Positions 25,276 to 34,415 of a DNA stretch of 64,000 nucleotides are shown one piece after another. Every line of letters begins with the position of its first letter. Position 1 is the stretch's first letter. Below the pieces are notes generated by a model that did no database searches, had not been told where the DNA came from, and saw only the letters and a program-made list of their open reading frames with translations. The position numbers and the translations under genes are program-made. Origin of the DNA: a virus (lineage: Duplodnaviria; Caudoviricetes); the IMG/VR virus record IMGVR_UViG_3300032274_000001, positions 8,939 to 72,938 of that record, one strand, 5' to 3'.

Positions 25276-26926
25276 CGCACTGACCCAGGCGCTTCATTAC
25301 CTGGACCTCGGCTACCTGCCCGTCCCCTGCCTGCCCAACGGAAGCACGTGGGTGAACTGGCGAGAGATGGACAAGCGCCCCCCCACGGAGTCGCGGCTAC
25401 GGGACTACTTCGAGGACCGCTCGGAGACGATGGTCAAGCTGGCCTTGCTGGGCGGGCTGTGCGCGATCCGGTGCGCCGGGGATAGGGCCGAGGCGTTGCT
25501 GGTCGAGCGAGGGTTGTCGATCCCACCAGGGGCCCCGGCGATCAACCAAGGCAACGTCTCGGTGTTCCTGCTCCGGGGCTTCGACGGAATCAAGAATCTC
25601 ACGGAGGGCTCGGCCCTGTTCACGGGCGGCGATGCGAAGTCGCCCGATCTGGTCGAGGTGCACGTCGGCAAGCTCGTAGCCGCACCCCCCTCGGAGGGCA
25701 CGCAATGGTTCGGCGAGTTGCCGCTGTTCCCCGAGCTCCCAGAGGTACCGGCGCCGCTGGCCGCGCTGATCCAGGATCGCATCAAGGAGGTGGAGGAGAA
25801 GAAGCAAGGCGGCGCCCACTGGGCAGCAGTGTCGCTGAGGGGTGTCGATTCTCATGACTCCGTCGAGGAGGCGCACCGTCTGTGCGGGTACCTGAACGCC
25901 AAGGGCCTACCGCTGGACGTGTCTCGAGAGATCATGATGGCGTTCGCGGACAGGTGCCACCCGTTGCCAATGCTGGTGTCCGACGTGGATGCGATTATGA
26001 GGCGCCGCGAGTGGGACGGCAACGACGACGGAGCGGAGCGGCCCGGGGTGGTGTGGCACGAGGATGAAATCGAGGCCCACGTGGAGATGCGTCTCAAGCC
26101 GGTGGCGACATCGTGGGTGGCCCCCACGCCGCTGCCGAGTGTGAACCAAGCCTTGCGGGGTGGGTTCAAGGGCGGGCGGATCTATCTCGTGGCGGGCGAG
26201 CCCGGGGCGGGCAAGACGGCGCTGGTGATTCAGACGCTAGTCAGGGCGGCCAAGGCGGGCATCAAGAGCTTCATGGTGTCGGCGGAGATGCCTCGCGACT
26301 CGATCTACGACCGGGAGATTGCCGCCGAGGGCCAGCTCGACGTCGGCAAGGTCGAGGACGGACTGGCCGACCCCCATGCGATGGCCTACGTGGCGGAGAA
26401 GCTGTCGGGGCTGCCGATCGCGTTGGCGAACAACTCGGTACGTTGCGTCCAGGACATCGTAGACCAGGTGAAGCTACACGAGCCGAAGCTGGTCGTGGTG
26501 GACTACTTGCAGTTGATCGCTCACGACGAGCGGGGCAGGGATACCCGGGAGCGGGTGGAGGCGGTGTCGAAGGGGCTAAAGGGGTTGGCGAAGCGCGAGG
26601 GGTGCGCGGTGGTGTGCGTGTCGTCGCTGACGAAGAAGGACAGCAAGCGAGCCGGGGAGGAGATGCCCACCAACGATCGCCTCCGGGAGTCTGGTGCGTT
26701 GCACTTCGACGCCGATGGCATTCTGCTCTTGGGCCGAGAGAACGGTCAGACCAAGTGCGCGCTGTCGAAGAACAAGTACGGGCCCATCGGGACGTTCGAC
26801 ATGGAGTTCAAGGGCTCGACGATGAGCTTCACCGAGAAGGGAGGGGCGGACGTCCCGGACGGGAGATTCCCCGACGACGACGCCGGCCCGGATGTGTTGG
26901 GGGAGGTGGTCGATGAGTTCTTCTAG
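25268..26926 (+). CDS. Prim-Pol-like/PriCT plus DnaB-family helicase fusion
   Basis: ALHYLDLGYLPVP...VAAPPS N-terminus; Walker A GEPGAGKT, SAEM, Walker B VVDYLQL, LRESGALHFDAD. Confidence 0.88.
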   Translation: MSDALTQALHYLDLGYLPVPCLPNGSTWVNWREMDKRPPTESRLRDYFEDRSETMVKLALLGGLCAIRCAGDRAEALLVERGLSIPPGAPAINQGNVSVFLLRGFDGIKNLTEGSALFTGGDAKSPDLVEVHVGKLVAAPPSEGTQWFGELPLFPELPEVPAPLAALIQDRIKEVEEKKQGGAHWAAVSLRGVDSHDSVEEAHRLCGYLNAKGLPLDVSREIMMAFADRCHPLPMLVSDVDAIMRRREWDGNDDGAERPGVVWHEDEIEAHVEMRLKPVATSWVAPTPLPSVNQALRGGFKGGRIYLVAGEPGAGKTALVIQTLVRAAKAGIKSFMVSAEMPRDSIYDREIAAEGQLDVGKVEDGLADPHAMAYVAEKLSGLPIALANNSVRCVQDIVDQVKLHEPKLVVVDYLQLIAHDERGRDTRERVEAVSKGLKGLAKREGCAVVCVSSLTKKDSKRAGEEMPTNDRLRESGALHFDADGILLLGRENGQTKCALSKNKYGPIGTFDMEFKGSTMSFTEKGGADVPDGRFPDDDAGPDVLGEVVDEFF

Positions 26927-27176
26927 GCCGCGGTACGGGTTCGTGTTGCTGTCCAATGGCATGCCGGTGAAGGTGCTGTCGGCGTCGCCTGGCGCGTACC
27001 GGCAAGGCCGGGATCCCAACTACGACCACGTGACGGAGGTGACCAACGAGCACGGCCAGCGGGTGCATCAGGTCTGGCACCACGCCGGGCACGACACCCG
27101 GAAGGTCTATTTCGAGGCATGCACGGGCGCCTACGGGTGCACCGCTGGGGAGCCGTTCGATGACGTCGAGCACTGA
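26913..27176 (+). CDS. Hypothetical phage protein
   Basis: Coupled ORF. Confidence 0.5.
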   Translation: MSSSRPRYGFVLLSNGMPVKVLSASPGAYRQGRDPNYDHVTEVTNEHGQRVHQVWHHAGHDTRKVYFEACTGAYGCTAGEPFDDVEH

Positions 27177-27292
27177 CGAAGGGATGAGTCTCCGCGCTTG
27201 GCTCGGTTACGGCCTAGCCGTGGTCGTTGGAGTCGAATTGGTTTGGCTGCCCGTGTGGATTTGGGTTCTACCGTGGCTCAGCGAGGTGCTGA

Positions 27293-27718
27293 ATGCGGGT
27301 TGAGTACAACGGCACCGTGGTTGAGACCCCCGCATGCCGCATCGACGGCCCCCACGGCCCTGTGTACGTCGCAGAGACGGACAGCGAGCGGGTTAGGCTA
27401 TCCTTGCAGAAAGGCCCTGACGGGGCCCTGGGGGCCTCGGGGCGTGCGGTATTCTCTCGGGACGAGCTGGGCCCCGTGTTGGGGAAACTCCGGGGGCTAG
27501 GTCTCGAACCGCTTGGGCAGTGGTGGTCGGACGTGCTACTGGCGAAAAGGGTTCTTGGCGCTGTGCGCGTCGAGTCAGTCAGTGAGGGGCCTGGAGCGTG
27601 GCGGAGAGACGAAGTGGAAACCGACTGCAGAGGCGACTCTTCGTCGGCAATGTCCCGTGGGAACGATGCGAGGACAAGGAAGCAATCCGAGACTTCTTCA
27701 CCGAAGTCGGTGAGGTGA
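27293..27718 (+). CDS. Hypothetical phage protein
   Basis: ORF overlapping the RRM gene at its 3' end. Confidence 0.45.
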   Translation: MRVEYNGTVVETPACRIDGPHGPVYVAETDSERVRLSLQKGPDGALGASGRAVFSRDELGPVLGKLRGLGLEPLGQWWSDVLLAKRVLGAVRVESVSEGPGAWRRDEVETDCRGDSSSAMSRGNDARTRKQSETSSPKSVR

Positions 27719-27972
27719 TTCGGGTAGGGACGCCCGTCCACAAAGACGGCGAGTACGAGGGTAGGCCCAAGGGGTTCATTTTCGTGACTTTGCTGCTCTG
27801 GGAGGGCGAGAACGACACGGCGTGGCAGCAGCTGACGGGCAACTTCATCGACGACCGAGCGATCAAGGTGCAGTTGGCCGAGGAGACGGACGATGACAGG
27901 CGAGGACGAGGGTCAGACGGATCAGGTCCCCCAGGGGGGCGAAGAGGCAACGGAAACTCCTACGGGGGTTGA
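27598..27972 (+). CDS. RNA recognition motif (RRM) protein
   Basis: RNP2 LFVGNV, RNP1 KGFIFVTL, RAIKVQLA, Gly/Arg-rich tail. Confidence 0.88.
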   Translation: MAERRSGNRLQRRLFVGNVPWERCEDKEAIRDFFTEVGEVIRVGTPVHKDGEYEGRPKGFIFVTLLLWEGENDTAWQQLTGNFIDDRAIKVQLAEETDDDRRGRGSDGSGPPGGRRGNGNSYGG

Positions 27973-28180
27973 GGAGGCCCTTGCCGAGCTGGTAGCCGAC
28001 GGGTTCCTCGAGGAGCGCGGAGACCACATCGTGCCTACGGACAAGGCTGGTGTGTTCGTGGCGTTCCTGATGAACAACCTGACGCTTGTCGAAATGGCGC
28101 TTCTGGCCAACGGCCACGGAGTCCAGGGCTCGCCCCGCCCGGTCCTGTGCCCGGACCCGAGGCTCAACCCGGAGCTGTAA
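27893..28180 (+). CDS. Small winged-helix-like protein
   Basis: ALAELVADGFLEERG..IVPTDKAG. Confidence 0.45.
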   Translation: MTGEDEGQTDQVPQGGEEATETPTGVEEALAELVADGFLEERGDHIVPTDKAGVFVAFLMNNLTLVEMALLANGHGVQGSPRPVLCPDPRLNPEL

Positions 28181-28184
28181 TCGG

Positions 28185-28901
28185 GTGGCGAAGAAACGGA
28201 ACCTGTCCAGCCCCGGGCTGGTGAAGAAGCGGCGGGCGATTGCCAAGCGCCGGGCCCGTGTCGAGGAGATGTACCTCGCTGGGGTGCCGAACTACGAGAT
28301 TGCCGAGCGGCTCGATGTGACGACCTCGGTGGTGTCCCGGGACCTGAAGGTCGTTGAGGACGACTACAAAAACCGCCAGATGGTCTCCCGGGCCGGCAAG
28401 GTGCAGGCGCAGTTGGGTCGCATCGGTCGTATCGAGCTCGAAGCGTGGAAGAGCTTTCATCGGTCGGTGGGCATGATCAAGAAGCGTGTCCTCAAGTACG
28501 AGGACGTCAAAGACGCGCACGGCAAGGTGGTCCGGGACGAAGACGGCATCCCGATGCGGGTGCCGCAGCTGGTCGAGGAGCGCGAGGAGTTCAAGGCGGG
28601 CGATGCCGCGTTCCTGAATACGCTGGTCAGGTGTGCGCAGGAGCGTGCGCAGATCGAGGGCACGTACGCGCCGACCCGTGCGGTGGAGGAGCTCTACTTG
28701 GGTGTCGATGAGGTGTTCAGCGACGACACCGTGGCGGAGGAAGAGCGCCGAATGAAGGAGATCTTGGCGAAGATCTCGCCGGTCCGGATGGATGCGTTGT
28801 CTGGGCCGGAGACCCCCGAGGGCGGTGAGGAAGAGATCGAAGTGGTAGAGGCGGAGTCGCGGCCCGTGGAGCGGAAGAGCACCAGCACGGGGATCGCATG
28901 A
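28185..28901 (+). CDS. Terminase small subunit candidate
   Basis: N-terminal HTH (YEIAERLDVTTSVVSRDLK), helical body, GDAAFLN...ERAQIEG; GTG 28185. Confidence 0.65.
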   Translation: MAKKRNLSSPGLVKKRRAIAKRRARVEEMYLAGVPNYEIAERLDVTTSVVSRDLKVVEDDYKNRQMVSRAGKVQAQLGRIGRIELEAWKSFHRSVGMIKKRVLKYEDVKDAHGKVVRDEDGIPMRVPQLVEEREEFKAGDAAFLNTLVRCAQERAQIEGTYAPTRAVEELYLGVDEVFSDDTVAEEERRMKEILAKISPVRMDALSGPETPEGGEEEIEVVEAESRPVERKSTSTGIA

Positions 28902-29116
28902 CCCTGGGGGAGCTGACCTACGCGGACCTAGTTGCGCTGCAGGGGTCGATTCCCGAGTCGGTCGGAGACCAGACCGAATGGGTAATGTCGTGGCCGGCGT
29001 ATTGGGGAATTAGGAACGCCTTGGCGCGTGCCGACTACCGAGAGAACAGAGATGCAGTACGCGCGGAGATAGCGGCCCGGCCAATTCCGGACCGGCCGTT
29101 GCAGTTCATCGCGTGA
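28898..29116 (+). CDS. Hypothetical phage protein
   Basis: Coupled ORF. Confidence 0.45.
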   Translation: MTLGELTYADLVALQGSIPESVGDQTEWVMSWPAYWGIRNALARADYRENRDAVRAEIAARPIPDRPLQFIA

Positions 29117-29143
29117 AACCCCGAAGGAAAGGACTGGACGGAG

Positions 29144-29326
29144 ATGGAAGACCGAGAGATCACGATCGCGTATAGCCGCTACATGGGGATGCTGGCCGCG
29201 GAGTCGCAGTTGCAGGAGCTGTACCACACGCTCGGGCACGCAGACTTCCCGAAGCTGATGTCGCTGGTGAGGCGCTCGGCGGCCCGCAAGGCCAAGGGCG
29301 CGGACGAGGGCAACGGGTCGGCGTGA
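29144..29326 (+). CDS. Hypothetical phage protein
   Basis: GGAG RBS. Confidence 0.45.
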   Translation: MEDREITIAYSRYMGMLAAESQLQELYHTLGHADFPKLMSLVRRSAARKAKGADEGNGSA

Positions 29327-29336
29327 CGGAAGCCGC

Positions 29337-29366
29337 TTGACGCAGTAAGCCCACCTGTCGTATTTA
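29337..29366 (+). promoter_or_regulatory. Candidate promoter
   Basis: TTGACG-18 nt-TATTTA, ATG 6 nt downstream. Confidence 0.45.
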
Positions 29367-29372
29367 CGCCCC

Positions 29373-29510
29373 ATGATGTTCGACCCCGACCCCGAGACGC
29401 TTTGCCGGTGCGGGGATGAGCTACGGGATCACAAGGAAGACGACGAAGGGGTGGTCAGGTGTGTGTGCCCTGGCTGCCACTGTGACGGCTTCGAGCCCGA
29501 AGACGATTGA
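29373..29510 (+). CDS. 45-aa Cys/His metal-binding mini-protein (not in the ORF track)
   Basis: MMFDPDPETLCRCGDELRDH...CVCPGCHCDGFEPEDD. Confidence 0.55.
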   Translation: MMFDPDPETLCRCGDELRDHKEDDEGVVRCVCPGCHCDGFEPEDD

Positions 29511-29596
29511 GTAGACCCCCCGTTAGAGGGGGTGGCCCGGAAGGAGACGGAGATGGAAAACTGCATGGTTAGGCTGGCGGCGTGGTTGGTGGCGAG

Positions 29597-30040
29597 ATGA
29601 CTCGCCGAGGCTACTACGGCATCGGGGTCTACCACCCCAAGCACGAGGTCAACGTAGGCACCCTCTGGAGGTCCGCACAGGGCCTAGGAGCGACGTTCGT
29701 ATTCACCGTGGGGCGGCGGTACGGGAAGCGCCAAGCGTCCGATACGCACAAAACCAGAGACCACGTGCCGCTGTTCCACTTCGCGGACATGGACGACCTT
29801 ATCGCGCACCTGCCGCACGGCTGCCCTTTGGTCGGGGTAGAACACGGGGGTCTAGACCTCGCCCGGTTTAGCCACCCGTGCCGAGCCGCCTATTTGCTGG
29901 GCGCGGAGGACCACGGGTTGCCCCGGGCGGCCTTGGACCGCTGCCACGCGAGGGTGCAGATCGAGTCAGAGTTCTCGTTCAACGTCGCCGTGGCGGGATC
30001 TCTGGTGGCCTATGACCGGGTGGCGAAGGAGGCCGCATGA
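29597..30040 (+). CDS. TrmH/SpoU-family RNA 2'-O-methyltransferase
   Basis: NVGTLWRSA, LLGAEDHGL, SFNVAVAGS SPOUT motifs. Confidence 0.9.
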   Translation: MTRRGYYGIGVYHPKHEVNVGTLWRSAQGLGATFVFTVGRRYGKRQASDTHKTRDHVPLFHFADMDDLIAHLPHGCPLVGVEHGGLDLARFSHPCRAAYLLGAEDHGLPRAALDRCHARVQIESEFSFNVAVAGSLVAYDRVAKEAA

Positions 30041-30327
30041 GTAGCGCAGACAGATACCTCCTACTTGCAGGAGCGACCTACTACGCCTCGGGTGTAGGCG
30101 ATGTGCAGGGTCTGTTCCGTTACAGGACCGAAGCCGAGCGCATCGGAGAGGCGCTTCTGGAGGAGCACGGCGGCCAAGATGACTGGTGGGCGGTGATTCG
30201 GATTGCCCCAGCGACAGGCGCGACGCTGGTGTCGAAGGGTGGCCCGGATCCATTCTCGCCATTCGGCGGTGCATGGTCTGTCGGCAAGCGCTGGAAGCTC
30301 CGCGAGGGGCTGAAGGTGACGACGTGA
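30037..30327 (+). CDS. Hypothetical phage protein
   Basis: YLLLAG.TYYASG pattern, coupled. Confidence 0.55.
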   Translation: MSSADRYLLLAGATYYASGVGDVQGLFRYRTEAERIGEALLEEHGGQDDWWAVIRIAPATGATLVSKGGPDPFSPFGGAWSVGKRWKLREGLKVTT

Positions 30328-30475
30328 CTGGGTCGGCTTTGATGTCGTTCGGGGTGGCTTGTCTAGCCGGCGTCGTCCATCTGCGGATCGCGCCCAAAGC
30401 GGACTGGCTGTCATACGCAGTATGGTTTGCTCTTGGGTTGGGAGGGGGCTTCCAGGTCTCGGCTTGGGTGGCGCG

Positions 30476-30682
30476 GTGACGGACGAGAAGGAGGTCTCCC
30501 GCCAACTGCAGTGGCAGCGCCGTAACGAGGCCATGGGCCTATGCGTGATCTGCGGCAAGGAACCCATCCACCGCGCCAAGCGCTGCGAGGTGCACTGGGA
30601 GAAAAACCGAGAGGCAGCCCGCCTGCGGTACGAGAAGAGGGTCAGTGAAAGGAAGCTGGCCCAAGAGGAGAATCAACAGTGA
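30476..30682 (+). CDS. Small Zn-finger protein
   Basis: GLCVICG......RCEVH. Confidence 0.6.
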   Translation: MTDEKEVSRQLQWQRRNEAMGLCVICGKEPIHRAKRCEVHWEKNREAARLRYEKRVSERKLAQEENQQ

Positions 30683-30972
30683 AGGACTTCAAGCCAACCG
30701 CCGACCGCATCGTCGTCCAGCGCGACGATCCCGAGACCCAGAGCAAGGGAGGCATCTACCTGCCCCCCACGGCCCCAGAGAACACCCAAACGGGCATTGT
30801 GCTCTCGGTGGGCCCAGGGGCTCGAGACTCGACCGGAGCCCGCACCCCGATGGAGGTAGAGCCCGGAGACCACATCCTGTTCGGCAAGTACTCCGGGGTG
30901 CATGTGAAGCTCTCCGGTGAAGAGATTCTCATGATTCGCGCCGACGACGTGCTGGCGGTGCTGGACGGATGA
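30679..30972 (+). CDS. groES: Co-chaperonin GroES (Cpn10)
   Basis: KPTADRIVV...SKGGIYLP...VGPG...VEPGDHILFGKYSG...DDVLAVL. Confidence 0.95.
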   Translation: MKDFKPTADRIVVQRDDPETQSKGGIYLPPTAPENTQTGIVLSVGPGARDSTGARTPMEVEPGDHILFGKYSGVHVKLSGEEILMIRADDVLAVLDG

Positions 30973-31658
30973 CCAGCGCAGAAGAAGAGCGGAACGCATA
31001 CGAAAGTCTTGAAGACCTGGCTAAGGGCTGGGACTTGCTGCTCCGAGACTTCGGGCTTGAGGAGCGTCGCCTACCGTGGCGGGTGCTAGGCACCCCGTAC
31101 CGGAACGGAAACCGGTTGTTCCACAACGAGCACCACGTGTTGGACTGCCTGCGACGCTCGTCCGACCTCGGACCGAAAGACCTGAACGACTGGGCTCGCG
31201 TGAAGGTGGAGGCGGCCCTGTTCCTGCACGACTGGGTCTACGACCCTCGGTCGCTTCAGAACGAAGAGGACAGCGCCGTGGTGGCGCATGTAGTGTTTGA
31301 TGGAGACCCGTGGATCACTCATGCCATCCGAGCCACCACCCATACGGGCAAGCCCGCCAACGTGGTGGAAGCCTACGTGATGGACATCGACTTGGGCACC
31401 CTGGCCGCTGACACGCTCATAGGGGACACGGGCCAGATCCGGATGGAGTACTCCCACGTACCGGAAGACGTGTTCTGGCCCCGCAGAGCCGATCTGGTCC
31501 GAGGCTGGCTAGAAAAGGCAGAGAAGAACGAGCTGTTCCACACCGATTGGGGCCAACGAAAGTACCTGGCCCCTGCGGTGCGAAACCTGGAAGAGCACCT
31601 GGAGCTGATCCAGAACCGTACCGAAACTGGTAGCTTCCCCCCACCGAAGGACAGGTGA
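30969..31658 (+). CDS. HD-superfamily phosphohydrolase
   Basis: HNEHHV, FLHDWVYDP, NEEDSA, DIDL, IRMEY. Confidence 0.85.
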   Translation: MTSAEEERNAYESLEDLAKGWDLLLRDFGLEERRLPWRVLGTPYRNGNRLFHNEHHVLDCLRRSSDLGPKDLNDWARVKVEAALFLHDWVYDPRSLQNEEDSAVVAHVVFDGDPWITHAIRATTHTGKPANVVEAYVMDIDLGTLAADTLIGDTGQIRMEYSHVPEDVFWPRRADLVRGWLEKAEKNELFHTDWGQRKYLAPAVRNLEEHLELIQNRTETGSFPPPKDR

Positions 31659-31661
31659 CCC

Positions 31662-31865
31662 ATGGTTCATTTCAACTCTAGAGGCGAGATGATCATTACG
31701 GACAGCCTCCCCAACGGGCTCGAGGAGAAGGACTTCCTGATCGAGCAAGCGGGCCGGCAAACCGGGAAGCTATACGAGCTGACAGAGGTGGTCCCGAACC
31801 CCAACGTGTACTTCGAGCACGACGCTACAGCGGTCCGGTTCCGTTTCCGAGAGACAGACGCATGA
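31662..31865 (+). CDS. Hypothetical phage protein
   Basis: Compact ORF. Confidence 0.45.
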   Translation: MVHFNSRGEMIITDSLPNGLEEKDFLIEQAGRQTGKLYELTEVVPNPNVYFEHDATAVRFRFRETDA

Positions 31866-32016
31866 CCACCCCCGCAGGAGGCCGACCCTCCCTGGAGCAG
31901 TGGCGCGCAGACCGCATAAAGCCCCAGCCCCGAGCCTGTGCCGGCTGTGGCAAGATCATCCGTTGGAGCCTGGCCCGCTGTGTCGCGTGCGCAGCCAAGC
32001 TGAGGGGAGAGGGGGA

Positions 32017-32478
32017 GTGACCTACTGGCACGAGGGCGTCTGCTTCACCTGCAAGGTGTCGTTCCCCATCTTCATCATCTTCAACGGCAAGGGGTGGTCG
32101 AAGTGCATGCTGGGCAACCCTGAGGAGGAGCGCATCGCGCGCTTCGTCGAGGCGCACGCCTGGTGCCCGGACTTCAGGATCCGCCAGGAGAGCGACGAGG
32201 ACCCGGCCCGTGAGGGCTTCTTCGATGCCTTCGACTACTTCGAGGAGCCGGAGCGGGCAGAGTGCGGGCACCCGCTGGTGCGCGAGCCCTCGGTGCACGG
32301 CAACGACAAGGCGAGGGGTGACTGCGCCGTGTGTGGGGAGACGCTGTGCATGGGCGACGCCCAGGAGGCGGCCATGTGCGGCGAGCTGTTCGCCCCAGCG
32401 GTGCGTGATGACCCCAGCCCTTGCGAGCGCCCGCCAGGCCACGAGGGGAAGCACCGGAAAGGGGGTTTCGAATGGTAG
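32017..32478 (+). CDS. Cys-rich hypothetical protein
   Basis: Several CxxC and CERPPGHEGKH motifs; GTG 32017 after GGGGGA. Confidence 0.55.
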   Translation: MTYWHEGVCFTCKVSFPIFIIFNGKGWSKCMLGNPEEERIARFVEAHAWCPDFRIRQESDEDPAREGFFDAFDYFEEPERAECGHPLVREPSVHGNDKARGDCAVCGETLCMGDAQEAAMCGELFAPAVRDDPSPCERPPGHEGKHRKGGFEW

Positions 32479-32500
32479 CGCAGCCCGAGACCCGCCGACG

Positions 32501-32830
32501 ATGGACAGCCGGGAGCACTTGAAGGAGGTGCTGCCACGTAGCGGCGCCTGGAAGCTCCACCACCGCGACCTCTATCGCATGTTCGACGGCTGGTCGCGGC
32601 CAGGTGCCGAGTCGATTCACCGCATCAACCGGGCGCGCTCCCGCGGGCGCAAGCGGCAGCGGAAGAAGGCAGCGCAGAAGTTCAAGCGCCGCGCGCATCC
32701 GTGGCTCGCCTATTGCGACTTCCAGCACAGCTACTTCGGAGACCGGAGGCTTATGACGATCGAGTTCAGCAAACAACCCGCCCGTGTGGTTTTCGATGAG
32801 CAACGTGTTTGGCGGGCTGAAAGGGGGTGA
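32501..32830 (+). CDS. Basic hypothetical protein
   Basis: Arg/Lys-rich, coupled to the next gene. Confidence 0.45.
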   Translation: MDSREHLKEVLPRSGAWKLHHRDLYRMFDGWSRPGAESIHRINRARSRGRKRQRKKAAQKFKRRAHPWLAYCDFQHSYFGDRRLMTIEFSKQPARVVFDEQRVWRAERG

Positions 32831-33333
32831 CGACGATGGGTAAGGACACCAACCACGCCACTATCGTCCGGGCCTTCGAGTCTCGCGGTGCGACGGTGGT
32901 GGAGCTCCACACGATCGGCGGAGGGGTTCCAGACTTGCTGGTCGGGTACCAGGGCTCCACGCGCCTGGTGGAAGTGAAGCGACCAGCGCGCAAGGCGGGG
33001 CGAGGGTTGCGCTCCACGAAGTGCGCAACGTGTCGGACCCAACGCGCGCGTCACGACTTCGGCGGCGAGCGCCCTGGATGCGCCACGGGCTTCGTCGCCG
33101 ACTACGGCGAGACCAAGGCCCCTGGTGGCGTAGTCTCCAACCGTCAGAAGAAGTGGCACCGCTCGTGGCCCGGCTGCCCGATAGTGACGGTGGAGACCGA
33201 GGCTGAGGTTGATGCTGCGATCGCGGCCATGGTCAAGGATGATGAGACGGCGGCGCATAGGTGGCTCGGGAAAGAGCACGATCGGCTCAGGGCTGAAGGG
33301 GACCGCGACTCGTGCCCCTGGTGCCTCGGTTGA
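32827..33333 (+). CDS. VRR-NUC-like PD-(D/E)XK nuclease (second copy)
   Basis: KDTNHATIVRAFESRGATV...GVPDLLVGYQG..RLVEVK...QKKWH..WPG. Confidence 0.8.
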   Translation: MTTMGKDTNHATIVRAFESRGATVVELHTIGGGVPDLLVGYQGSTRLVEVKRPARKAGRGLRSTKCATCRTQRARHDFGGERPGCATGFVADYGETKAPGGVVSNRQKKWHRSWPGCPIVTVETEAEVDAAIAAMVKDDETAAHRWLGKEHDRLRAEGDRDSCPWCLG

Positions 33334-33450
33334 GAGTTATTGCGACGAGCACATCAAAGACGGTGACAGAATGCTCGTTTATGGCATCGGCTTCGCCGTG
33401 GTGGCCGCTGTGTTTGTGTGGGTGGTGCTGCGTTGAGCAAGCGCGGACCG

Positions 33451-33786
33451 ATGAGTGAGACCTTCCACGGCGGGTACATGGATGGAGAGGTCCTGACCGA
33501 CCCGGCCCCCTACGCCGACAGCAGTAAGCTTTGGATCCCGATTTGGCACAGGCAGATACCCCTACCGCTCGGGGTGAATGTCTTGGAGTTGCCCGATGGG
33601 ATCTATGGCCAGCTCTGCCGAGAGTACAAGGCGCTTCATGGGCATCCGGTGAACAAGATGCTCTACGTGAGGGGCTCGGACGGTGACTGGTACGTAGATG
33701 ACCCCAAGCCCGACCGATGTGAAGAGTGCGAGAAACAGTACCCGTATCTCCTAGCCGAGGATTCCGCTAAGAATTTCCCCCGGTGA
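33451..33786 (+). CDS. Hypothetical phage protein
   Basis: FHGGYMDG motif. Confidence 0.45.
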   Translation: MSETFHGGYMDGEVLTDPAPYADSSKLWIPIWHRQIPLPLGVNVLELPDGIYGQLCREYKALHGHPVNKMLYVRGSDGDWYVDDPKPDRCEECEKQYPYLLAEDSAKNFPR

Positions 33787-34415
33787 CCTGGACCCCACTG
33801 AGAATCCGCTGGATTCGGCCTCACACCGCTGTCCGGAACCCGTCGTGGCCGGACCCCGACCCGGATTGTAGGCGTTGCTTGGGGGCGATGTCTTGGGTGG
33901 TTCCCGGGGCCCGCCGTACTCGGTGCGTGTGGTGTGCGGCTCGGCTGCCGAAGCGTCGTCGGCACTGGTGCTCCGACGGCTGCGTAGCGTCGTACAAGCT
34001 GGCCAAGAACGATGACTACCGGGCGTACGTCTGGGAGCGCGATCAGGGTAAGTGTGCCACCTGTGGCACCGACGCAGCGCGCCTAGAGAAGCGAGTGCGC
34101 AGAATCCTACGCCGCCTGGGGGGTCGGGCATACTGGGCACGGGCCTCGCGTGGGGAGGTGAAGCGGCTGGCCTCGGCTCACCGGCTGATGCGGATATTGC
34201 AGCGACTGCGGGACCAAGGTTGGCCGGTCACGGCGACATTCCGGGTGCAGAAAAGCTTCTGGGAGGCGGATCACATCCAGCCAAGGGCCGACGGTGGGGA
34301 CAACCGGCCCAGCAATTTGCGATGCTTGTGTGTGCCATGCCACAAGCGGGTGACGGCTGAGTACGCCGCAGAGCGGGCCCGGCGCCGTCGAGAGGCTGAG
34401 TGCGGGAAGAGCTAG
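33783..34415 (+). CDS. HNH endonuclease
   Basis: CxxC...WEADHIQPRADGGDNRPSNLRCLCVPCH, directly before TerL. Confidence 0.9.
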   Translation: MTWTPLRIRWIRPHTAVRNPSWPDPDPDCRRCLGAMSWVVPGARRTRCVWCAARLPKRRRHWCSDGCVASYKLAKNDDYRAYVWERDQGKCATCGTDAARLEKRVRRILRRLGGRAYWARASRGEVKRLASAHRLMRILQRLRDQGWPVTATFRVQKSFWEADHIQPRADGGDNRPSNLRCLCVPCHKRVTAEYAAERARRRREAECGKS

